Shown here: positions 46,432 through 53,853 of the stretch, one piece after another | Numbering within the stretch: the first letter of the stretch is position 1 | Layout: each line of letters opens with the position of its first letter | Origin: Desulfobacterales bacterium | GTDB lineage: Bacteria; Desulfobacterota; Desulfobacteria; Desulfobacterales; JARGFK01 | Assembly (NCBI GenBank): GCA_029211065.1 | Contig: JARGFK010000003.1 | Span: 29,111 to 93,110 of the forward strand | DNA: 64,000 bases | Direction: 5' to 3' | Notes under the pieces: model-generated | The model's database searches: none | The model's input: only the letters and a program-made list of their open reading frames with translations | What the model was told of the DNA's origin: nothing | Translations under genes and position numbers: made by a program

Positions 46432-46856
46432 GTTATCTTCCCCACTCTGCCTTCGTTATCGACCCGGATGGTTGTCAGGGAATGATTGGGCCGCTGGGTG
46501 ACGGACACCGTTATCCGGACCGCGGAGGGTTCCGGAATCGTGTTGCCGTCCAGATCCACCGGCACAACCGTCCAGGTGATGGTAAAACTCTGTCCGTTGA
46601 CGGTGACCGTCTCGAAGCTGCTGCTGAGGGATCCGAAGTTGGTGCTCACAAGCTCTTCCATCTTGCTGCGCAGGCGGCTGTCCAGGAGCATGGATTCGGC
46701 CTGCGCGTCCAGGGCCTGGAATCCGGAAATATAGGGAGCTGAAATCCCCACAGCCACAATCGCCAGGAGAGCCACCGCGATCAGGGCTTCTATGAGGGTG
46801 AAGCCGGTGGGGGATTTTAGGAGGTTAACAAATGTATAAGTTCTTTTGGGAAACAT
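46428..46856 (-). CDS. Prepilin-type minor pilin (PilV/GspI-like)
   Basis: ..SPTGFTLIEALIAVALLAIVAV.. N-terminal methylation motif. ATGA overlap with the next gene. Confidence 0.75.
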   Translation of the reverse strand: MFPKRTYTFVNLLKSPTGFTLIEALIAVALLAIVAVGISAPYISGFQALDAQAESMLLDSRLRSKMEELVSTNFGSLSSSFETVTVNGQSFTITWTVVPVDLDGNTIPEPSAVRITVSVTQRPNHSLTTIRVDNEGRVGKIT

Positions 46857-46864
46857 GGTAAAAA

Positions 46865-47029
46865 ATGCCTAAAGTTTGGAATGCCTAAAATGCCTAAAGT
46901 TTGCAAATGCCTAAAGTTTGTAAATGCCTAAGATGCCTAAAATTTGGAGATCTGGTTTCATGGTCTATGGCAAACTGTTTTCGTTCGTCCATTTTAGGCA
47001 ATTTAGGCATTTCAGCTCATTTTAGGCAT
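46865..47029. repeat. 9-nt-unit inverted array, element F, containing a minus-strand remnant of a four-helix-bundle gene 5' end
   Basis: Forward units at 46865, 46881, 46890, 46907, 46924 (..AAG) and 46933. Inverted units at 46993, 47002, 47011 (deg.) and 47021. Minus strand 47010->46948 reads ATG CCT AAA TTG CCT AAA ATG GAC GAA CGA AAA CAG TTT GCC ATA GAC CAT GAA ACC AGA TCT (MPKLPKMDERKQFAIDHETRS). Compare MPEMPKIVERKQFAKDLEKRT in the intact gene. Confidence 0.9.
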
Positions 47030-47037
47030 TTGTTCTT

Positions 47038-47616
47038 CTATCCACTCACACTCACCCTCCCGGTGAGCGCATTTAAAGTCACCACCTTCTGACGGCCGCC
47101 AAAGGTCAATGTGACCGTTCCGCCTATGGAAGGGGTCCCGGTGGAATCAAAGGTGACCGGGGTGTCGAAGCCCGATGCGTTGATGTCCACGCCGCTGAAG
47201 CGGCTTTCATTGGGAAAGGTGATGGTATAGTCGATGCCCTTGTTCATGGGGTTTCCCAGATAGGCATAACTGCCGTTTTCCACTTCCGCCGCGGTATACG
47301 AGCCAGCACCGCCCAGCAGGTTTACGTTGGGTTTGAATTGTTTGACGTCGATCTTTTTGGTGGTTGCGCTGATGGTGACCTGGGTTTGCTGGCCGGTGAC
47401 TGCGGTGAGCTGCGCGAATTCCAGAGCGTTGACGATTTCTTCGGCGGCAGTCCCCAGGCGGTAATCCCCCATGAACGCATTGATCGCCGGCCAGCCCAGC
47501 ATGGTAAAAATCGATACGATCAGCAGGACGATGAGTAGTTCAAAAAGCGTGAACCCGTCCCTCCGGCGGCGTTTCAGTCGGCATGCTAAAAGGCTGTCTG
47601 CTATCTGGTGTTTCAT
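47038..47616 (-). CDS. GspH/FimT-family pseudopilin
   Basis: ..RRDGFTLFELLIVLLIVSIF.. prepilin motif; ~190 aa. Confidence 0.75.
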   Translation of the reverse strand: MKHQIADSLLACRLKRRRRDGFTLFELLIVLLIVSIFTMLGWPAINAFMGDYRLGTAAEEIVNALEFAQLTAVTGQQTQVTISATTKKIDVKQFKPNVNLLGGAGSYTAAEVENGSYAYLGNPMNKGIDYTITFPNESRFSGVDINASGFDTPVTFDSTGTPSIGGTVTLTFGGRQKVVTLNALTGRVSVSG

Positions 47617-47868
47617 TGGTCATTCATTCATGGAAAAAATATTGATAAAAAATATGGAAACGGGCAGAGGCACACCCGATGCAGCATGAGGTGGGGCATA
47701 CACGGCCATGATCCGCTGGACGGTCAATTGGCTGCAGGGATAACCGCCGCCGATCAAAGCGGAAACCTCGGAACGGTTCATCCCACTGATACAATTTCAG
47801 ACAATGACAGCGGATAGCATCGCACCGACAGGGAGCAACGATACCCGTCTCTTTCAACTTAAGCTGAA

Positions 47869-48405
47869 TCAATAAGTGCCGCTGGTCGCACTGTCATTGG
47901 CGATAAAAACACCCATTTTGACATAGAATTTCCAGCCCGTGCCGTCGGCAGGGGTTGCCGCGCGGAGGGCAAGATCGATTGTAGTGATATCGCAAGTGAC
48001 CGCACTAGATTCATTGTAGGGGTTTTGCGGAAGGGTCGCGGTCTTGAGATACGGGCCGAATATTGGTGCGGTCAATGTGCTCTTATCGCTAGATGTTTTA
48101 CCGTCCAACTGCGAGTAATAAATCAGCTGATCGGTGAAGGCGGCGGGCAGGTCGGCCGCCACCGTGGCCGTGCCGCTACCGTCAATCTTTACAGCCCCGG
48201 GGTAGACATTGTTATGCTGATGGTAGTAAAGCTCGATGGCGTTGCGGATCGTACTCAAGTTGGTTCTCATGGTGCTCAACCGGGCTTCGCCCGTTGAGAC
48301 ATTGATTTGCGGGATGATGATCATTGCCAGGATGCCCAGGACAATAACGACAATAAGCATTTCGATCAACGTAAATCCGGCTTCTTTTCTGAATGGTATT
48401 TTCAT
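47869..48405 (-). CDS. Major pilin / pseudopilin (GspG/PilA-like, prepilin-type N-terminus)
   Basis: MKIPFRKEAGFTLIEMLIVVIVLGILAMIIIPQ. AAGGAGAG lies 7 nt upstream of ATG 48405. First pilin gene after pilC. Confidence 0.8.
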   Translation of the reverse strand: MKIPFRKEAGFTLIEMLIVVIVLGILAMIIIPQINVSTGEARLSTMRTNLSTIRNAIELYYHQHNNVYPGAVKIDGSGTATVAADLPAAFTDQLIYYSQLDGKTSSDKSTLTAPIFGPYLKTATLPQNPYNESSAVTCDITTIDLALRAATPADGTGWKFYVKMGVFIANDSATSGTY

Positions 48406-48527
48406 TGCCCGACTCTCCTTTACATACCTCATGGCTAAAGGGTTAACAAATCATTATAACTTGATTTAATAACGTTTCATCTCTTGATTGCGGCTGCTTA
48501 GACAGGATCTGCTTCAGCGATCCGAAA

Positions 48528-49679
48528 TTACCGCAATGCCTGGGACAACCGGAACAACGGAAGGATGATGGACGATACGATCACCCCCACGACGGCACCC
48601 ATGATAATCAATGCGATCGGTTCGATCCGGGCGGCAAATTTTTTGAGTTCCTGTTCGATCTCTGTATCATAAAACGCGGCCAGACGCAACATTACGTAGG
48701 GCAGTCTGCCGGTTTCCTCGCCGATGACCACCATCTGTTTCACCGTCCGGGGAATATAGGGGTTTGCGGAAAACGGCAGGGAAAATCGTCCGCCGCGATC
48801 CACGCTATCGCTGATTTCATCCAGAAAGCGGCGATAATAGCGATTCCAGATGGTGGGGCGGGTTGCCTTGAGCGCTTCCAGCAAGGGGACCTGGCTTTCC
48901 ATCAAGTGCCCGATGGTCCGGAGCATTTCACAGGTATAAATCTTGTTCGTTAGTCCGGAAATTAACGGCCCGCTGACGAGCAGTCGATCTCGCAATGCCC
49001 GGCCCGGCGGGCTTTTCAGCCAGAGGGTCACGCCCGTCACCGCGCCGCAGGCAAAAAGAGAATACGCCCACCAGTGATGCCGCAACGTTTCGCTGGCCAT
49101 CATAAGGAAACGCGTGGTCCAGGGCAGGATGCTCTCTTTGCCGGCAAAAAAAGCGGCGAATTTCGGCAGCACTCCGACCAGGATAAACACGACCACTCCA
49201 AATCCGATAACGCACAGGAAAGCGGGGTAGGTCAGGGCCAGTTTGACTTGATTGATCATCGCCAGACGCTTTTCCTGCATCTCGACAATCCGGTCCAGGG
49301 TTTTATTCAAAAAACCGCCGGTTTCCCCCGCCTTTACCATGCTGGTGAACTGGTCGTTGAAAATCCGGGGGTGAAGCTTCATGCTTTCGGACAGCTGCCG
49401 GCCTTCCTCAATATCCCGGGATATGGCTGAGATGACTGCTTTAAATGACGGATGTTGAATCTCCTCAGCGATGGTCTGGAGGGCAACATTAATGGGGGTA
49501 TCCACCGCCAGCATGAGGGAAAGCTGGGTTGTGAAAAACATCACCTCGCGGGAACTGATCCGGTTGAACAAGCGGTCGGTGATCCCCCGGGCAAACGCTT
49601 GGTTCAACCGCGCCGCCGGCAGCGGCCGCAGAGCCGTTTGGGGTTCAAGTATTTCTTCCGGTTTGAATTGTATGGCCAT
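48528..49679 (-). CDS. pilC: Type IV pilus / T2SS platform protein (PilC/GspF family)
   Basis: 383 aa with two T2SSF repeats and 3 TM segments (..GETGGFLNKTLDRI.. and ..GEETGRLPYVMLRLA..). Confidence 0.9.
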   Translation of the reverse strand: MAIQFKPEEILEPQTALRPLPAARLNQAFARGITDRLFNRISSREVMFFTTQLSLMLAVDTPINVALQTIAEEIQHPSFKAVISAISRDIEEGRQLSESMKLHPRIFNDQFTSMVKAGETGGFLNKTLDRIVEMQEKRLAMINQVKLALTYPAFLCVIGFGVVVFILVGVLPKFAAFFAGKESILPWTTRFLMMASETLRHHWWAYSLFACGAVTGVTLWLKSPPGRALRDRLLVSGPLISGLTNKIYTCEMLRTIGHLMESQVPLLEALKATRPTIWNRYYRRFLDEISDSVDRGGRFSLPFSANPYIPRTVKQMVVIGEETGRLPYVMLRLAAFYDTEIEQELKKFAARIEPIALIIMGAVVGVIVSSIILPLFRLSQALR

Positions 49680-49687
49680 AATCTAAA

Positions 49688-49818
49688 ATGCCTAAAATGC
49701 CTGAAATTGAAAATGCCTAAAGGTGAAAATGCCTAAAATGCCTGACCTGCAATTTCTTGTGTCAGTAATATGTGTTTCTTTAATTTTAGGCAATTTAGGC
49801 ATTCATCAGTTTAGGTAT
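49688..49818. repeat. 9-nt-unit inverted array, element G, between pilB and pilC
   Basis: Forward units at 49688, 49697 (..GAA), 49713, 49729 and 49738 (..GAC). Core ctgcaatttcttgtgtcagtaatatgtgtttctttaat. Inverted units at 49785, 49794 and 49810 (deg.). Confidence 0.9.
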
Positions 49819-49897
49819 TTATTATTTCACAAGGCTCTGACTGGCCCAGAGGACCAGATTTACGGGATCGACATCTCCATTGTATCGTTTAAACAAG

Positions 49898-51607
49898 TCA
49901 AAGCTCCAGCGATACAGCCCGATGGACCTCCTCTATGGTCGTAAGATTTTGCAGGACGCGCTGATATCCTGCCTGCTCCAGGGTGGTGTATCCGCTTTCC
50001 GTGCATTGTTTTTTTATGGCCGCGATGGTCGGATTCTGCAGGATTAAAGCCCGCAGGCCCTGATCGATCGCCAAGAGTTCATGGATGCTGGTCCGCCCCT
50101 TGTAACCGGAATCATAACAGTCCGGACATCCCTTGCCTTTATACAAACGCAGCCGTTTGTCTTCATCAACTCCCAGCTCCTTGAGTACACTTGCAGGGGG
50201 GAAGTAGGCTGTCTTACACTCGGGACAGATGGTTCGCACCAGCCGCTGGGACATGCAGGCAATCAGGGACGAGGAAAGGAGATAGGGCTCCACGCCCATT
50301 TCCAAAAGTCGCGTGACGGCGCTGGGGCTGTCGTTGGTATGCAGGGTTGAAAGCACCAGATGGCCTGTGAGGGATGCCTGGATGGCAACTTCGGCTGTTT
50401 CGCGGTCACGGATTTCACCCACCATGATGATGTCCGGGTCCTGGCGCAGCGTGTGCCGGATAAAGGTGGCAAATTTCATGCCCAGAGCCGTATGGACCTG
50501 GGTTTGATTGATATTCTCCAACTGATATTCCACCGGATCTTCAACGGTGACGATATTTCTTTCGGTGGTATTGAGCAAGGTGATGGCCGAATACAGGGTG
50601 GTGGTCTTGCCGCTGCCGGTGGGCCCGCAGACCAGAATCAATCCATGAGATTTCCGCAGGAAAGATTTGAATTGATCAAGAATTACAGGTTCAAAACCGA
50701 GGGCATTGAGATCCAGAATGGTTTTGCGCTTATCGAGGATTCGCAGAACCACTTTTTCACCATGAACCCCTGGCATGGATGAAAACCGGAGATCAATGGT
50801 TCGCCCCAGGGCTCTGATCTGAAAGCGGCCGTCCTGGGGCATGCGTCGTTCGGAGATGTTCAGGTTTGCCAGTACTTTCAATCGGGAAACCACCGTGGGA
50901 TGCATCGCTATATTCTGGGGTTTCAATTCGTAGAGAATTCCGTCGATCCGCAGCCGGATCCGCAGTTTGTCCTCCTGAGGTTCGATATGGATATCGCTGG
51001 CTTCGTCCTTGATGGCTTTCAGCAGAATCATGTTCACCAGGTTGATGACCGGACTTTCCTTGGCCTTGTCAGACATTTCGCTGATGTCTATTTCCGGACG
51101 GGCCTCGATCACATCGATACCGGACTCGCTGTCATTGACCATGAAATCTTCGATGGTGATATTCTCCTGATAGGCCTGAGATATCGCCGCTAAAATATCC
51201 TCGACGCGACAGATGACCGGTTGGACTTCCATTTTAGTCAATTTTTTTACTTCATCAATGACAAAAAAGGCATAAGGGTCGGATACCGCCAGCGTCAAGA
51301 CGTTGTTGACGACAAACATCGGAATAACCTGGTGGTAGAGCGCCTTTTCTTTGGGCAGAACATGGACGACTTTCGGGTCTATCAGCCCTTTGCGTAGCCA
51401 GACATGCGGGATGCCGAGCTGTTCTCCCAGGATTTTTACCAGGTCTTCATTGGATATAATCCCTTTTTCGACAACAATCTGGCCGAGGGACTTGGCGGTT
51501 TCCTTTTGGTGCCGGAGAAATTCAGCCAGTTGATCAGGCGAGAGGAGTCCTTGCTGGATCAGAATTTCACCCAGCTTCCTTCTTTTGGGTATCAGGGTGG
51601 TTTTCAT
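49898..51607 (-). CDS. pilB: Type IV pilus / T2SS assembly ATPase (PilB/GspE/MshE family) with an MshEN-type N-terminal domain
   Basis: GPTGSGKTTT Walker A, Asp/His boxes, C-terminal CPECK...CPDC tetracysteine. The N-terminus carries two 24-aa MshEN-like motifs. Confidence 0.9.
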   Translation of the reverse strand: MKTTLIPKRRKLGEILIQQGLLSPDQLAEFLRHQKETAKSLGQIVVEKGIISNEDLVKILGEQLGIPHVWLRKGLIDPKVVHVLPKEKALYHQVIPMFVVNNVLTLAVSDPYAFFVIDEVKKLTKMEVQPVICRVEDILAAISQAYQENITIEDFMVNDSESGIDVIEARPEIDISEMSDKAKESPVINLVNMILLKAIKDEASDIHIEPQEDKLRIRLRIDGILYELKPQNIAMHPTVVSRLKVLANLNISERRMPQDGRFQIRALGRTIDLRFSSMPGVHGEKVVLRILDKRKTILDLNALGFEPVILDQFKSFLRKSHGLILVCGPTGSGKTTTLYSAITLLNTTERNIVTVEDPVEYQLENINQTQVHTALGMKFATFIRHTLRQDPDIIMVGEIRDRETAEVAIQASLTGHLVLSTLHTNDSPSAVTRLLEMGVEPYLLSSSLIACMSQRLVRTICPECKTAYFPPASVLKELGVDEDKRLRLYKGKGCPDCYDSGYKGRTSIHELLAIDQGLRALILQNPTIAAIKKQCTESGYTTLEQAGYQRVLQNLTTIEEVHRAVSLEL

Positions 51608-51984
51608 GATATATTTCGTATCGCCTCGTGAATATCCTTATAGATTAAAATCACGTTGTTCAATCGGGTTGCCGCCAAAATATCCTGGCACACCTGGTTT
51701 AAACCGATGATCTTCAATGCGCCCCTTTTGCTCCTGAGCTCATTATGCGTTTGAAGCAGCAGTTCCAGAGCGGCACTGTCCAGGAGTCCCACGTTTTTAC
51801 AATCCAAAATGACCTCGGTTTTATCCGCTTCAATGGCCGCAAGGATTGATTGTTTAATGTCCGGGCAATTTTCATGGGTGATGGATCTTTCGGGCGTCAA
51901 GACGGTTCGGCTACTAACATTCACGCTTTTGGCCCTGCCCGGTTCATATCGTTTCGTAAGGTTTTCCATAGCGTTCCTTATCAA
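51604..51984 (-). CDS. STAS-domain protein (anti-sigma-factor-antagonist type)
   Basis: ..ILDCKNVGLLDSAALELLLQTHNELRSKRGALKIIGLN.VCQDIL. Start is either TTG 51984 or ATG 51969. 4-nt overlap with pilB. Confidence 0.7.
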   Translation of the reverse strand: MIRNAMENLTKRYEPGRAKSVNVSSRTVLTPERSITHENCPDIKQSILAAIEADKTEVILDCKNVGLLDSAALELLLQTHNELRSKRGALKIIGLNQVCQDILAATRLNNVILIYKDIHEAIRNIS

Positions 51985-53477
51985 TCTGATTTCATATCTT
52001 CAGTGTAGACCGTTCTGAAGACGTTAACCAGTCGGGGATCCAACTGGCTCCCGGCCAGTTTTTCCAAAGTATCGAGAACCTTTCCGTCAACAGAGGCGCC
52101 GCGGTAAGCCCGTGAAAAATTGATCGCATCGAACGTGTCGGCGACGGCGATGATGCGGGCAGACAGGGGAATCTCTTCGCCCTTTAGGCTGCTAGGGTAA
52201 CCGCTGCCGTCAAAGCGCTCATGGTGATGGATGATACCGGGAAGTGAACCGGTAAAATACTCGATGGGTTTCAGAATTTTGCTTCCTTTTACAGGATGGT
52301 TCTTGATGATTTCTAATTCCGCGTCCGTCAGCTGGTCCTTCTTATTCAAAATACTTTCAGGGATGCCGATTTTGCCGATATCGTGCAGAATTGATGACCA
52401 CTTGAGCTCTTCATATTCCTTTTTGCCCAGGCCGAGCCGCGCTCCCATCAACATGCAATAAGTGGAGACCCGCTCCGAATGTCCCCGGGTATACTTGTCC
52501 TTTGCTTCAATGGCAAAAACCAGGGACTTGACCATGTTGACGACAAACTGTTCCAGATTTTTATAAAGGTTCGTATTGTCGATAATCATCGCCAGTTGTT
52601 CTGCCAGGGATAGCAGGAGTTTTAATTCACCCTGCCGGAAGATTTCCGTCAGGTTAAAACAGAGCAGCCCCAGCCAGCCGTATAACTCTCCCTGGTGCTG
52701 GACTCTGACGGCAAGAAAGCGATAGGGATCCGGCAGCAGATCCCGATAGCGTGGATCTTCCCGGGAGTCATTGACAATAAAATAGTTTTCATTTGTTACG
52801 GACGCGTTCAGCGGGATTAGATGGAGAATTTTTCCGAAAAAGTTCTTTTGGGATGAAAATTTTTCGGAAACCTGCGGCAATATTAGATCCAATTTGTAAT
52901 CGCGCTTGTGTGACAAATAGGCAAAGGCCGCGTCCACCCGCATGCTTTCTATCAGTTCTTCCATCAGGAGCTGGAGCATGTCGTCGGATAATTTTAATGT
53001 CTTTATCTGGGAGGCGACCCTGGTGTACAGGTAAAGATCTTCAAAACCCTGATCCATTTTCTGGGTCATTTCTTCGATTTCCTGCTGTGCGTTCAACTTT
53101 TCTTCAACAAGCGTGGCCAGATTGCCGAGGAAGCTTTCCATTTCCATTGATTGAGGGCCTTCGGCGGTATTTGCGGCTTCACCTGTGTCCGGTCTGAACG
53201 AGGACAGACCCCCGGCCAGCAGTGCGCCAAAAATATTTCGGCTGTTTCTGAGGGGATGGCCGCACAGAAAACTTTGGCCGACGGTATGATAGTGGTAGCT
53301 GTTTTGTGCGATGATGGCTTCGGCCAGGGCCTGCGATTTTTTTGATGAAAACTCTTCCGGCATGGCAACGCCCGTGAAAAATATCACCCTGCCGGTGTCG
53401 TCCCATATCTGAAAATGCAACCGGCTGACCGGGGCAAGGCTGGACAGCAAGATTTCGAAGGTTTTTAATTCATTCAT
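51981..53477 (-). CDS. Sensor (same N-terminal module plus GAF-like as the cyclase at 36951) fused to an HD-GYP domain
   Basis: HSERVSTY...LHDIGKIGIP...HHERFDGSGYP. ATG 53477 (MNELKTFEILL..) overlaps the receiver stop in ATGAATGA. Confidence 0.85.
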   Translation of the reverse strand: MNELKTFEILLSSLAPVSRLHFQIWDDTGRVIFFTGVAMPEEFSSKKSQALAEAIIAQNSYHYHTVGQSFLCGHPLRNSRNIFGALLAGGLSSFRPDTGEAANTAEGPQSMEMESFLGNLATLVEEKLNAQQEIEEMTQKMDQGFEDLYLYTRVASQIKTLKLSDDMLQLLMEELIESMRVDAAFAYLSHKRDYKLDLILPQVSEKFSSQKNFFGKILHLIPLNASVTNENYFIVNDSREDPRYRDLLPDPYRFLAVRVQHQGELYGWLGLLCFNLTEIFRQGELKLLLSLAEQLAMIIDNTNLYKNLEQFVVNMVKSLVFAIEAKDKYTRGHSERVSTYCMLMGARLGLGKKEYEELKWSSILHDIGKIGIPESILNKKDQLTDAELEIIKNHPVKGSKILKPIEYFTGSLPGIIHHHERFDGSGYPSSLKGEEIPLSARIIAVADTFDAINFSRAYRGASVDGKVLDTLEKLAGSQLDPRLVNVFRTVYTEDMKSD

Positions 53478-53853
53478 TCCGGACCTCGAGATATTTCTCG
53501 ATGGCGTCCACAATTTTGTTGGGACTGAAAGGTTTTTCCATGAAAAGCGTATCGGTCATCTGCGCGATCCAGTCGCGCTCCTCCGGATTGATCCGGGCTG
53601 TTACGATAATGGTCAGAAAAGGCCTTTTCTTTTTGATCGGGTTGGTTTTTTCACATAAGGCTTTACCGTCCAGTTTGGGCATCATGATATCGGAAACGAC
53701 CACATCAGGCTGCTGGTCTTTAATGGCGGCAAACCCCTCTTCACCATTTGCGGCCGTCAGAACCTGGTAACCCCTGTTTTTCAATTTAAGTTCAAGCACA
53801 CGCCGAATATATGCTTCGTCATCAATGATCAGGATTTTTTTATTTTTCGCCAA
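53470..53853 (-). CDS. Single-domain response regulator (CheY-like receiver)
   Basis: KILIIDDE...VVVSDIMMPKLDG...KPF. Confidence 0.9.
   Translation of the reverse strand: MAKNKKILIIDDEAYIRRVLELKLKNRGYQVLTAANGEEGFAAIKDQQPDVVVSDIMMPKLDGKALCEKTNPIKKKRPFLTIIVTARINPEERDWIAQMTDTLFMEKPFSPNKIVDAIEKYLEVRNE

Noticed and set aside
46993-47010. Sigma-54 promoter reading of TTTAGGCAATTTAGGCAT (GG...GC)
   Set aside because: The GG-to-GC spacing is 2 nt shorter than the -24/-12 consensus. The same applies to TGGCATCTTTAGCA at 45059-45072.
47617-47868. c-di-GMP (GEMM) riboswitch in the gap after the pilin gene
   Set aside because: I saw none of the GEMM-I/II conserved segments that I remember (for example the ..GCAAAGCC.. 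type tetraloop-receptor region).
38597-49818. CRISPR-array interpretation of the ATGCCTAAA repeats
   Set aside because: Units are 9 nt, mostly contiguous or separated by 6-7 nt, and present in both orientations within one element. There are no 25-40 nt unique spacers and no cas genes in the window.
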